64,000 nucleotides of DNA from an uncultured Candidatus Saccharibacteria bacterium. GTDB taxonomy: Bacteria > Patescibacteriota > Saccharimonadia > Saccharimonadales > CAIOMD01. The position numbers were made by a program, and so were the translations under genes. Every line of letters starts with the position of its first letter. Positions within the stretch are counted from its first letter, which is position 1. Location: NCBI GenBank assembly GCA_964566135.1, contig CAZMHM010000001.1, positions 133,829 to 197,828 on the forward strand. The letters run 5' to 3'. The notes beneath the pieces were generated by a model. The model did no database searches, was not told the DNA's origin, and was given only the letters and a program-made list of their open reading frames with translations. Shown piece after piece: positions 1 to 8,716 of the stretch.

Positions 1-498
1 TGGGCTAGATGCTTTTTGTTCTATTGCTTGAAGCGACGACTTGTACGTTTCGAATTCAGTATGCAGTTTTTTAGTTCTATAGCGTTTTCTGGCAGCATTT
101 ATTACGGCCAGGCTAGCCAGTCCTGCCAGAGCCGAAAACCTCGTTTCAACCGCGGTAGCCATTTCTACGCCAGCAAATACAAGCCCACCAGCACCGAGTG
201 TACCGATCTTCTCTATGATGTTTGCTCGCGTGCCCGGAAGTTCAAACTTTCTATAAATAACGTGGTGCTTGGTAGGTGAGTAGTAAGGGATAAGGCCAAC
301 GCTTGGAGTTTCTGTCTCAGATAAAGATAAGTTCACATTCGGGTCATAACCACTTTTTCCCAAGAATTTTTGCTCTTCATAAACGCTACAAGCAACAGTC
401 TGAGGATATAAGGGTCCGTGAGGCCGCACGATAACGGTACCGTAAGCAACACCAACTTCTCGGGATTTATCTGATAAATGTTCCGCTAACTCACTCAT
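1..498 (-). CDS. hypothetical protein, partial (3' end runs off the window start)
   Basis: Minus-strand frame is open from ATG 498-496 to position 1 (MSELAEHLSDKSREVGVAYGTVIV...). It is absent from the ORF track because no stop lies in the window. TATAAT sits 15 nt upstream. A hydrophobic segment lies near the end. Confidence 0.45.
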   Translation of the reverse strand, partial: MSELAEHLSDKSREVGVAYGTVIVRPHGPLYPQTVACSVYEEQKFLGKSGYDPNVNLSLSETETPSVGLIPYYSPTKHHVIYRKFELPGTRANIIEKIGTLGAGGLVFAGVEMATAVETRFSALAGLASLAVINAARKRYRTKKLHTEFETYKSSLQAIEQKASSP

Positions 499-558
499 GA
501 TTTTGTGTAAGCATTATATCTGTAAATTATAGGTAAACCATGAGCGCAAAGAAGTGCG

Positions 559-1329
559 CTATGCTGCGAGCTCGTCGAGTGTTTTTTGCATCCGTTTTGC
601 TAGACGGTTTGTAATACTTGTTACACTGCCACCCCGAGCAGCTTCAATTGGGTCGCCAAAGCGCAAGGCTGGGCCGCGCATACCAAATAATGCACTATCA
701 TAACTAACCGCTGTCGGGATAATCAGTGGCTCAACGCCAAGCTCGCAAGCAAGTAGCGCAGTTTTAGCAACGCCTTGATAAATCTTTTGTACGCGCTTTG
801 CATCTTCTTTATTTCGCGTTCCTTCCGGAAAGATAATCATGCTTTGACCAAGCGCAAGTTTTTGGGCTGACATATCAATAAACGCGTCAGTTGCTTCATC
901 GAATAGTGGCATTTGCTCGGGGACTATACCTTTGCGTCTAAACACTGGTACTCCGCCAAGCGTTTCAGTAAATGGTTTCGTGATAAACGTTAATTTACCG
1001 CCGTTAAAATATTCAAACTTTGCCGGCACAAAAATACCGCGTTTACGCGCCTCGCGCATAGCCGGTACTGCCTCTATAGCTGCGCCAATCACAAATTGGT
1101 CATCAATCCGCAAATGGTTAGAGGCAAATATCAATGGCTGTTCTGCATCAACATATGCAGCGACTAGTTCTTTAGTTGTATCATCAAGCGTAACATTCGG
1201 ATTATATGCCTTGCGTAACCCATTAGCGGCCAAACCAACCAACAGGCCATTTGGCTCATATTCAACAAAGTGGTCATATACTTGCTTATAATTTTCTAAA
1301 GTGAAGTCTTTGGGATTCAGTTTGCTCAT
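559..1329 (-). CDS. plsC: 1-acyl-sn-glycerol-3-phosphate (lysophospholipid) acyltransferase family
   Basis: 256-aa ORF with acyltransferase motifs NHxxxxD (SNHLRIDD) and FPEGTR. Confidence 0.8.
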   Translation of the reverse strand: MSKLNPKDFTLENYKQVYDHFVEYEPNGLLVGLAANGLRKAYNPNVTLDDTTKELVAAYVDAEQPLIFASNHLRIDDQFVIGAAIEAVPAMREARKRGIFVPAKFEYFNGGKLTFITKPFTETLGGVPVFRRKGIVPEQMPLFDEATDAFIDMSAQKLALGQSMIIFPEGTRNKEDAKRVQKIYQGVAKTALLACELGVEPLIIPTAVSYDSALFGMRGPALRFGDPIEAARGGSVTSITNRLAKRMQKTLDELAA

Positions 1330-1425
1330 TGGCTATATATTGTAACAGAGAAATATATGAATGGTTATATGTTGTAGATATGTCAATGTAATGTTACAGT
1401 AATACTAATTATAGGAGTTACCGTG

Positions 1426-1674
1426 ATGGCAGGTCATTTTATTCACTTTACAACACCAGACAATTGGGCTGCACGAATTTGGGTAACAGATAGCGGCGAA
1501 ATGTCTTATAGCGAAACAATCGTAACCGACCCAGAATACGGCACGCTACGTTTTGGTGATGCCGGTGCAATCGACCCTAAAACTGGCGAAATTGATTTAT
1601 CACGGGGTTCACGTCTAAGCAAAACTATTCTGGAACAGTTACTCGAAATAAACCCTAACTGGCTCGATTCGTAA
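1426..1674 (+). CDS. hypothetical small protein
   Basis: ORF with GGAG 9 nt upstream of ATG 1426 (the track start at 1423 is GTG). No recognisable motif. Confidence 0.5.
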   Translation: MAGHFIHFTTPDNWAARIWVTDSGEMSYSETIVTDPEYGTLRFGDAGAIDPKTGEIDLSRGSRLSKTILEQLLEINPNWLDS

Positions 1675-1736
1675 CAAGTATAGCTTTTTGACCAATAAGG
1701 TATAGTAAACAACAGTAGCGGTAATAAAGGAGTGTC

Positions 1737-1949
1737 ATGAATTCAGTATCTTTTTTAGGATTTTTCGTAATAGCGCTTGCGGTGTTGCTATGGATATTCT
1801 TAGCTCTAATGCCAGCACGTATTGCAAGTAGCAAGGGGTATAGCTTCTGGGGCTTCTTTTTGCTTAGTTTATTCTTTTGGTGGATAACGTTATTTGTCGC
1901 AATCTTGCTAAAAAACAAGAACATACCGCCATCAGCCATCGCAAGGTAA
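1737..1949 (+). CDS. small membrane protein (2 predicted TM helices)
   Basis: 70-aa ORF with two long hydrophobic stretches, followed by a strong terminator. Confidence 0.55.
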   Translation: MNSVSFLGFFVIALAVLLWIFLALMPARIASSKGYSFWGFFLLSLFFWWITLFVAILLKNKNIPPSAIAR

Positions 1950-1964
1950 AATAATAACTACAAA

Positions 1965-1992
1965 AAATAACCGCTCATTTGCGGTTATTTTT
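1965..1992 (+). terminator. rho-independent terminator, possibly bidirectional
   Basis: Perfect 10-bp stem AAATAACCGC / GCGGTTATTT with a 6-nt loop, a T-run after it and an A-run before it. Confidence 0.75.
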
Positions 1993-2010
1993 ATGCGACG
2001 GTTGCGTAAT

Positions 2011-2085
2011 TTACAGTACGCCACGGCGGCGCTGTCTGCGGCGCACGCCCATAACCGAAACGGGTGATAATGGTCGTCCAATCAT
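2011..2085 (-). CDS. candidate 24-aa arginine-rich micro-ORF (MIGRPLSPVSVMGVRRRQRRRGVL)
   Basis: AGGAGG lies 6 nt upstream of ATG 2085-2083, immediately after the stop of the upstream gene. Too short for the ORF track. Confidence 0.3.
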   Translation of the reverse strand: MIGRPLSPVSVMGVRRRQRRRGVL

Positions 2086-2095
2086 AGTTATCCTC

Positions 2096-2533
2096 CTATG
2101 CGTTTACATTTACTTGTGCAAGATCTTCAACAGCAGCCTCTACGACCTCAGGATGAATCCGACCCTCGTCTATCAAGGTTGCCCCTGCGTCAATCAATGC
2201 TTTTTTTAGCCCTTTAGCCCAAAGCTGTTCAATCACGAGTACGCCAGCAGATGTGTTATTTTTCATCGATGCGGCGACTTTTTCTACATCACCCTCCGAT
2301 AATAGCTGTAGTTCTTCATCAAGCTCAAATACTTTTACCGCCTCTTTGAGCTCTTCGTGCTGATCTTCAATTTCTGCAGCAGCGAAATTACCATCTGCAT
2401 CCTTAATGACGAATATTAAATCCACGACACGGATAACACCGCTATCAACAGCCTTATGTAGCTCCGACAATACACTTCCATCAAAATTATTACCCTCGAA
2501 ACTGACTACAATATAATCAATTGGCCCTAACAT
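2096..2533 (-). CDS. DUF6325/DUF1269-like protein
   Basis: Start moved to MLGPIDYIVVSFEGNNFDG behind AGGAGGAGCAA. The N-terminal pattern (GP.dY.vv.F.gn.F.G.....L..lv..G.iR.vDl.fv.KD.dG) matches this family from memory. Confidence 0.6.
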   Translation of the reverse strand: MLGPIDYIVVSFEGNNFDGSVLSELHKAVDSGVIRVVDLIFVIKDADGNFAAAEIEDQHEELKEAVKVFELDEELQLLSEGDVEKVAASMKNNTSAGVLVIEQLWAKGLKKALIDAGATLIDEGRIHPEVVEAAVEDLAQVNVNA

Positions 2534-2773
2534 TTGCTCCTCCTCTGCAGATTGATTTGTTCTTCGAGAAGTACAAAGTATCCCCGTAAAACCTCCATCC
2601 AAGCTTAAAGAAACTTCATGCTTTTCTATCTATTATTATAAACCCCTCATGCAAGTGATGCGATGCTAGGATGTCAATCAACTTCGATTTGCGTTCGGAA
2701 CATAACGGGTGTTTGGTACTTTTTTATATTGTACGATGAGCGCATACTGTTATTAAGAATAAAGGGAGCGAAT

Positions 2774-4375
2774 ATGAAAAAATGGATACCTATAATCATC
2801 CTGGCTTTAGCTCAGTTTGTGATGGTTCTAGACGGAACAGTAATGAATGTTTCAATCTCGACTGTGGCGAGTGACCTAGGCACTACTATTACCGGTATGC
2901 AGACTGCCATAACCATATTCACCCTAACAATGGCGGCTTTCATGCTTACTGGTGGAAAGTTAGGAGATATTTGGGGCAGGCAACGAGCCTTTAGAATTGG
3001 TAGCGTCATCTACGGCATTGGTTCGCTAATTACTGCGCTAGCGCCGACACTTGGCGCTCTATTCTTAGGTTGGTCAGTAATCGAGGGCCTAGGTGCCGTT
3101 TTAGTTATCCCGGCTATTGCTGCGCTTGCCGCAGCAAACTATAAAGGCAAAGACCGCGTTGTAGCATTTTCACTACTGGGGATGGCAATAGGCTTGGCTA
3201 CCGCGCTTGGGCCGGTAATCGGTGGTTATGTCACAACGTATTTGTCGTGGCGATATGTGTTTGTGGCCGAGACAATTATTATGGCAATTGTACTATTACT
3301 TTCAGGTAAAGTTACAGACGCCAAAATTAATAAGAAAATTAAACTCGATATTCCAAGTGTCATATTATCTGCGTCGGGTATGGCGCTGCTTGTACTTGGC
3401 GTATTGCAAAGCAGGTCATGGGGTTGGGTAAGGCCACTTGATGCGCCAGAAATCAATGGAAACGCCATAACGCCACTTGGTATCTCATTAGTGGCATATT
3501 TGATACTTGCAGGTATTATTGTGCTCAAGATTTTCTACGATCGTCAGGTTAAACTTGCGGCTGCAAACAAACAGCCACTGCTAAAGGTATCAATGTTTAA
3601 ATTGCCCGTGCTACGTAGTGGGCTAATGATGCTTACCGCGCAGTTCTTTACGATTGCAGCTTTGTTCTTTATTATTCCAGTCTATCTACAAACTATCCTT
3701 GGATACAACGCGCTAGAAACAGGCCTTAAGCTCGTGCCACTTTCAATTGGGCTCCTCATCTTTACAGTCGTAGGTTCAAAACGCTCGGCAGTATTATCAA
3801 CCCGTCGGATTGTAAGGGCGGGGCAAATCGCAATGGCAATTGGTGCTTTGTTTGTACTTGTTTCTATCAATCCAGATTTGCGAAGTGCTACGTTCTGGCT
3901 TGGCTTATTTATTATCGGAGCTGGATTTGGATTGCTTGCGTCACAGCTTGGTAATGTAACGATGTCTGCTGTAACAGAAGAAGAATCCGCAGAAGTAGGC
4001 GGCTTGCAAGGGGTCTTCCAAAACCTTGGACTATCATTTGGTACGGCACTTATTGGCTCGGTATTTATCCTTACATTAACTTCAGGATTCACGACAGCAA
4101 TAAATAATAGTACCGAGCTATCCTCTCAGGCAAAAACGACCATTACCCAAGAAGTATCAACTGGCGTTGGTATCGTGTCAGAAGATCAAGCAAAGCAATA
4201 TGTTATTGATAATGGCGGTAGCGAGGCAACAGCTACTACCGTGGCCGAAATATACCAAGATTCTCAATTAGATTCTTTGCGGATTAGTGTATTCTTTATC
4301 TTTGCATTCCTGATTGCATCGTTGTTCTTCTCGCGAAATCTACCAATCAAAGTCGCATCGCAAAAATCGAAGTAA
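2774..4375 (+). CDS. MFS transporter, DHA2 (EmrB/QacA-like, about 14 TM)
   Basis: Start at ATG 2774 behind AAGGGAG. N-terminus LAQFVMVLDGTVMNVSI. Many TM segments throughout. Confidence 0.8.
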   Translation: MKKWIPIIILALAQFVMVLDGTVMNVSISTVASDLGTTITGMQTAITIFTLTMAAFMLTGGKLGDIWGRQRAFRIGSVIYGIGSLITALAPTLGALFLGWSVIEGLGAVLVIPAIAALAAANYKGKDRVVAFSLLGMAIGLATALGPVIGGYVTTYLSWRYVFVAETIIMAIVLLLSGKVTDAKINKKIKLDIPSVILSASGMALLVLGVLQSRSWGWVRPLDAPEINGNAITPLGISLVAYLILAGIIVLKIFYDRQVKLAAANKQPLLKVSMFKLPVLRSGLMMLTAQFFTIAALFFIIPVYLQTILGYNALETGLKLVPLSIGLLIFTVVGSKRSAVLSTRRIVRAGQIAMAIGALFVLVSINPDLRSATFWLGLFIIGAGFGLLASQLGNVTMSAVTEEESAEVGGLQGVFQNLGLSFGTALIGSVFILTLTSGFTTAINNSTELSSQAKTTITQEVSTGVGIVSEDQAKQYVIDNGGSEATATTVAEIYQDSQLDSLRISVFFIFAFLIASLFFSRNLPIKVASQKSK

Positions 4376-4409
4376 CAAATCCTTGGTGTTTGCCAACAAA
4401 CGCGTATTA

Positions 4410-6077
4410 CTAGTAGGGTTTCGCAACAACAGTAGCCGAATATTCGCTGTGGATATCATCAGCAGTAGAACTTGTCCCTTTTGTATCGATAGCTCGTAAC
4501 TGAACATCATATGACACACCGTTTTGTAGGCCGCTTACAGTAGAGGACAAGTTAGTTGTGCGTCCCGGATATATCCATGCCGAACCATCAGATTTGTTTG
4601 GACTATCAGAACGAATGTAGCGTGGGCTGTATACATCAACGCGATTATCCGTAGACTTTGTCCAAGAAAGGGTAAACTTACCACTCCCAGACACAACTTT
4701 GACATTTTGCGGTACTAGGATTGCACCGGCAACGGGTACTGCCGTTATTGGTGCTGCATAATCACTGCCAGTCGTTTTGCCAGTTGAATCGCGTGCAGCA
4801 ACAGAAAATTCGTAGGTTTGACCGTTCGTTAGCCCAGAAACAACATAGCTATTGGTGGTTGGGTTTGTAGAACCAGGGTTATTAGAATAGTTTGTCCATG
4901 TACCATTTTGACCCCAGCGAACAGTATAGTTGTTTGCACCCGCCACGGCGTTCCATGTTAGCGACACCGAGCCATTGCTCGCAACAGCTTTTAAGTTAAT
5001 TGGTGTTACCAGCTTTGCAGCAGCGGTAGGCGTTGGGGTTGGTGTTACGACAGGGTCAGGAGTTGTTGTCTTGGTGTAAACACGTACGTAGTCAACTTCG
5101 TAGGTAGAAGGGAAGCCAGCTCGCAAAATACCACTCGCATTACACGGTTGTGCTCCACCGTATGGCTGCAAACACTTGCCAGTATACCGGCTGTAGCCAA
5201 GCGCATCATCAGGATGGCCAACATACGTGCCACCAACAGCCATGTTAAGGGCAATATCAAACGCATTAGCATATTTGGTAAATTGGGATTTATCCGTCTC
5301 AGTATATTGGAAATAGGTAAGGCCGTCTAATTGCCAGCTAATTAAGATACCAGCACTTGTGTCTTCGGTAGTTACAGCCCATGTATGCCATCCAGGTGTG
5401 GCAGTTGGCGTCTCAAAGGCGACTGATTTTTTAGCAACATTGTGCACATTGTTGTAATGAAGCGTGCCGGTAGTTTTACCAGGAACTGTTGCGTGGAAGT
5501 ACTCCATAATGTCAATTTCTGCCATTGATGCTCCGTCTTTGTGTCGCAACCAGAAAGCAGGCCATAAGCCTTGGCCATGTGGTAGCTTAGCGCGCATTTC
5601 GTATTTTGCATACGCAGGGAAATACTTGCCATTTGCCGTAGCTGCAGAGCCAGTGCTACCAACAGAACGTGTCGCTATAAATCCAGACGTAAACGAACGG
5701 TGCTTAGATGCATCACCCATACAATTTATTTCTTCGCGCTTAGAGGTGATTTTGAGCGTTCCGTTAGATACGGCAACGTTATTAGGAGTAGAGCATTCTT
5801 CTTCTTTATTGCCATCACCATAAGTATTGTTGTAGACACCCCAGGTATTAGCATCAAGGCTTGTCCCATTAAATTCATCAGACCAATACAACGTCCAAGA
5901 CGTTGCAGCCGAGCTAGTTCTAAGTAACCAAGCACCGGCTATCCCAAACACTACTACTGCAATAATAATTATCGGCACCTTGTTGCCTAGTAGCTTTTGC
6001 TTTAGTTTTTGGGCGCCGCTAACGGATTGTTTTTTTGTTGATTTTGGCACGTTAGTTTTCCGTTTCTTATTATTCAT
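4410..6077 (-). CDS. secreted glycoside hydrolase family 16 (beta-glucanase/laminarinase-like) with two C-terminal FN3 domains
   Basis: N-terminal signal anchor. GH16 catalytic ExDxxE (AEIDIMEY). WSDEFNG motif. Two repeats of about 90 aa (LTWNAV..YTVRW ; LSWTKS..) typical of FN3. Confidence 0.8.
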   Translation of the reverse strand: MNNKKRKTNVPKSTKKQSVSGAQKLKQKLLGNKVPIIIIAVVVFGIAGAWLLRTSSAATSWTLYWSDEFNGTSLDANTWGVYNNTYGDGNKEEECSTPNNVAVSNGTLKITSKREEINCMGDASKHRSFTSGFIATRSVGSTGSAATANGKYFPAYAKYEMRAKLPHGQGLWPAFWLRHKDGASMAEIDIMEYFHATVPGKTTGTLHYNNVHNVAKKSVAFETPTATPGWHTWAVTTEDTSAGILISWQLDGLTYFQYTETDKSQFTKYANAFDIALNMAVGGTYVGHPDDALGYSRYTGKCLQPYGGAQPCNASGILRAGFPSTYEVDYVRVYTKTTTPDPVVTPTPTPTAAAKLVTPINLKAVASNGSVSLTWNAVAGANNYTVRWGQNGTWTNYSNNPGSTNPTTNSYVVSGLTNGQTYEFSVAARDSTGKTTGSDYAAPITAVPVAGAILVPQNVKVVSGSGKFTLSWTKSTDNRVDVYSPRYIRSDSPNKSDGSAWIYPGRTTNLSSTVSGLQNGVSYDVQLRAIDTKGTSSTADDIHSEYSATVVAKPY

Positions 6078-6200
6078 ATTTTTTGTTGTAATTATTTACA
6101 CTTACTTAACACCAATACATCCGGTTCGTCAAGTAACCATGAGGGTTTTTAATTACTAAAAAAGGTGCAAATCAAAAAGATGTGTTTCTTGCTTCTAGCG

Positions 6201-6554
6201 CTAAATAGTCATTGTGATTTTTGCAGGATGTTGCGCAGGGAACATTCCGCAGTGCATTACTACACGCGAGCCAAGAAGTCCACCCAGCCGTTGTTTGCGT
6301 ACTTCTACGGGGCCATCGCACGTATTTGCCTGTGCTTCTACTGATTTAAACGCATAATATGGCATTTCGCTATTAATCGTACTGCCGCTTATATATACGG
6401 TAATTTTGTTAGTCTGAGCTTCGTCTGCTGCTTTAAAAAACTGCCGAAACTCAGCATCTGATTCAAAAGTAAAATCGCTATATGGTTCGCCTTCTAAGAC
6501 GCCCTTAGCGAATGGGCAGCCGGGACAAAAATTAACGTATTCAGGGTCAGACAT
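6201..6554 (-). CDS. hypothetical Cys-containing protein
   Basis: 117-aa ORF with AAAGGA upstream. Contains CPGCP and further Cys residues. No family recognised. Confidence 0.5.
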   Translation of the reverse strand: MSDPEYVNFCPGCPFAKGVLEGEPYSDFTFESDAEFRQFFKAADEAQTNKITVYISGSTINSEMPYYAFKSVEAQANTCDGPVEVRKQRLGGLLGSRVVMHCGMFPAQHPAKITMTI

Positions 6555-6639
6555 ACCATTATCCTTTCAGAATAATTTCAATAACCCGATTATCTGTTAG
6601 CTATAAGCCTAATGCAAGCTTGAGCGGATCATAAAAATA

Positions 6640-6760
6640 GCTCAAATATGAGGGATTCGACCTTGAAGGCAAAAGAAAAATACTTTTGCCAATGCAACCC
6701 TTCGGGTCTTAGGCGGCCAAAGCCCACTGGGCTTTGTCGTTCGATATCCCTTTCTGAGCC
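6640..6760 (-). ncRNA. candidate structured RNA / 5' leader, class unassigned
   Basis: Terminal pairing GCTCAGAAAGGGAT (6759-6746) with ATCCCTCATATTTGAGC (6656-6640) encloses three local hairpins. These are an 8-bp CAAAGCCC/GGGCTTTG at 6718-6736, GACCC-GAA-GGGTT around 6696-6708, and an 8-bp GGCAAAAG/CTTTTGCC at 6668-6690. A G-T wobble in the terminal stem favours the minus strand. Confidence 0.3.
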
Positions 6761-6762
6761 AC

Positions 6763-6787
6763 GAAAAAACCACCCTCACAGGTGGTC
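6763..6787 (-). terminator. rho-independent terminator after tRNA-Gln
   Basis: Minus strand reads ACCACC-TGTGAG-GGTGGT followed by TTTTTT. Confidence 0.6.
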
Positions 6788-6793
6788 TTATCG

Positions 6794-6868
6794 TGGCTGG
6801 GGATGAGGGATTCGAACCCCCGAATGCATGGACCAAAACCATGTGCCTTACCACTTGGCCAATCCCCA
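6794..6868 (-). tRNA. tRNA-Gln (anticodon TTG), CCA encoded
   Basis: TGGGGATTGGCCAAGTGGTAAGGCACATGGTTTTGGTCCATGCATTCGGGGGTTCGAATCCCTCATCCCCAGCCA. Cloverleaf checked by hand. Anticodon loop TTTTGGT. T-arm GGTTCGAATCC. Confidence 0.9.
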
Positions 6869-6962
6869 ATAGTGCTGCTCATTTACATATTAATGTCTGT
6901 CGACGTTTTGATCCATGAGCATGGACCGCCTAAACTATTTTGTTGTCACAAGCGACAACTGG

Positions 6963-6988
6963 CATGTGCCTTACCGCTTGGCCAACCC
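6963..6988 (-). repeat. duplicated 5'-half fragment of tRNA-Gln (no T-arm or 3' acceptor; not a functional tRNA)
   Basis: catgtgccttaccGcttggccaaCcc is near-identical to 6840-6865 (D-arm plus the 5' anticodon stem). The downstream sequence cannot complete a cloverleaf. Confidence 0.6.
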
Positions 6989-7005
6989 TTGATAAAGGCT
7001 ACAAA

Positions 7006-7034
7006 ATTATACCTTTTTTAACCGTTTTAGCCAA
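7006..7034 (-). promoter_or_regulatory. sigma70-like promoter reading into the tRNA fragment and tRNA-Gln
   Basis: Minus strand TTGGCT-N17-TATAAT (-35 at 7034-7029, -10 at 7011-7006). Confidence 0.5.
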
Positions 7035-7041
7035 GCGCTAA

Positions 7042-7893
7042 TCAGATAACAATCAACGCAACACCAATAAAACACAAAACTGCTGCTAGTAATTTGCGCC
7101 CTATCCGGTTGCGTTCTGGCTTTAGCAGTACCAAAGCAAGCAGCACCGTAATAACAATGCTCGTTTGCCGTAGCGGCGATACCAATGTTAACGTGCCATA
7201 TTTATAAGCAAATAACATCGTCGTGGACCCAATCGCATAAAAAAGCCCAAGTAACAGCAAGCGTGTCAGCGTTTCGCCCTTTAGCATAGGCCGTATCTTT
7301 GTAATTGCGCTTGGCCGTACTAATAGCGATACTAGTGCGCCGCCATAAAAACTGATTGCCGCCCACGTTACGGTATCGGTATGCCTGCCAACATAGGCGG
7401 TGCAGGTAATTGCAATTCCGTACAGCAAACCCGTTAATAACCCATATAACGTACCTTTATCGAGTTTAAGTTTACGAATGTTTTTTATAAGTAGCGTCAC
7501 ACTCGCAAAAATTAATAGCGTGCCTGCTATCTGTAGCGAAGTAATGCTCTCGTTAAATAGCACCAAGCCCAAAATCATAATCCACACAGCTTGGGTTGCA
7601 AACAAAACAGAGAACGCCGATGCCTCAACATATTGTAGTGTTTTGGCATACACCACGGTGCCAAGGCCAAAGAACACAATACAAATTGTAGCCACGAGCC
7701 ATACCGTACCGAGCCCGGCAAAGCTAATACCGTTATATAGCGCAAAGATAGTAATAATAACTGCGGTTATAAGCTGAAACAGGGCAGAATACGCAACCGG
7801 ATCTGCCTTGTTTTTGTGCAACAAAATACGCTGTAGCACTACCGAAACAGATAGCCCAAGCACGCTAATTGCGGTATATAGTTGCCATGTCAT
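7042..7893 (-). CDS. EamA/DMT-family transporter (10 TM)
   Basis: Start moved to ATG 7893 (the track start is TTG). Two repeated 5-TM halves typical of EamA. Confidence 0.7.
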   Translation of the reverse strand: MTWQLYTAISVLGLSVSVVLQRILLHKNKADPVAYSALFQLITAVIITIFALYNGISFAGLGTVWLVATICIVFFGLGTVVYAKTLQYVEASAFSVLFATQAVWIMILGLVLFNESITSLQIAGTLLIFASVTLLIKNIRKLKLDKGTLYGLLTGLLYGIAITCTAYVGRHTDTVTWAAISFYGGALVSLLVRPSAITKIRPMLKGETLTRLLLLGLFYAIGSTTMLFAYKYGTLTLVSPLRQTSIVITVLLALVLLKPERNRIGRKLLAAVLCFIGVALIVI

Positions 7894-7995
7894 GTACGCG
7901 CAATCATATACCAATATGCTTATGTATTACTAGCAAAGTCATTGCTTTTAATGTGTAACGGTGCAACTATAAAATTACTAATTGGGGAGTAGACT

Positions 7996-8625
7996 ATGGC
8001 AGACGTAAAAGAACCAGAGGCAAAAACACCCACACCAAAAGACAAACCAGCAGAAGCCACCGCCAAAAAGAGCTCTAATAATAAAGTATTGTTTGTTGTA
8101 CTTGGGCTGGCAGTATTCTTTATTATCATCGTGCCGGCAATTCTATTTTTTGTTGTGTTTGGCGTACTGAAAGATAAGTTTGGCAATCAAGACAAGGCAA
8201 ACAAAACTATCTCTAGCCTCGTAGAATCAGCGAGCGGTGGCAATGTAAAAGTTGATGCTAACGGCAAAGAAATTACTGTAAAAAGTAAAGACGGAACAGA
8301 GATAAGCTCGGCTCAAAAATTACCTACCGATTGGCCAGCAGCAGTATTTATTTATAGCCCATACACAGTTAGCGGCTCGTACAAAACCACATCTGACGGC
8401 AAAACAAGCTGGACGGTAGCAACAACTACTACAGATTCGTACGACAAAGTTAAATCAGAAATCGCATCAAAATACGCAGGTTGGACCAAATCATCCGAAT
8501 ATGAGGCCAGCGGTACAACCGTAGCAGCATACGATAACGATATGTATTCGGTGGTGCTTACAGTTTCGCAACCGTCTGCAAGTGAATCAAAAACCACGGT
8601 TGCGTATTCGGTAACCCAAAAATAA
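7996..8625 (+). CDS. membrane-anchored hypothetical protein
   Basis: GGGGAG RBS. Lys/Pro-rich N-terminus, one TM helix, Ser/Thr-rich ectodomain. Confidence 0.6.
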   Translation: MADVKEPEAKTPTPKDKPAEATAKKSSNNKVLFVVLGLAVFFIIIVPAILFFVVFGVLKDKFGNQDKANKTISSLVESASGGNVKVDANGKEITVKSKDGTEISSAQKLPTDWPAAVFIYSPYTVSGSYKTTSDGKTSWTVATTTTDSYDKVKSEIASKYAGWTKSSEYEASGTTVAAYDNDMYSVVLTVSQPSASESKTTVAYSVTQK

Positions 8626-8716
8626 AACACCGATAACCAAATAAAACGCTTTGATTACCACGAGCATTATGTAAAAATCAAGTGTATACATGTTCGTCGA
8701 AGAAACAGATGGGGGA

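Noticed and set aside
16-279. 87-aa plus-strand ORF at the window start.
   Set aside because: It is antisense to a longer open minus-strand frame that has a start at 498 and plausible protein-like composition. It has no RBS.
6640-6760. Assignment of the structured element as SRP (4.5S) RNA or as a c-di-GMP-I/TPP riboswitch.
   Set aside because: The apical hairpin closes on a 3-nt GAA loop rather than a GNAR tetraloop. The conserved AGGUCCGGAAGGAAGCAGC core is absent. Only short word matches to riboswitch consensus sequences were found. The class is left unassigned.
6642-7021. ORFs 6642-6869 (minus strand) and 6782-7021 (plus strand) overlapping the tRNA region.
   Set aside because: They overlap tRNA-Gln, its terminator and the structured-RNA candidate. 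The repeated CALPLGQ peptide is simply the translated tRNA D-arm duplication.
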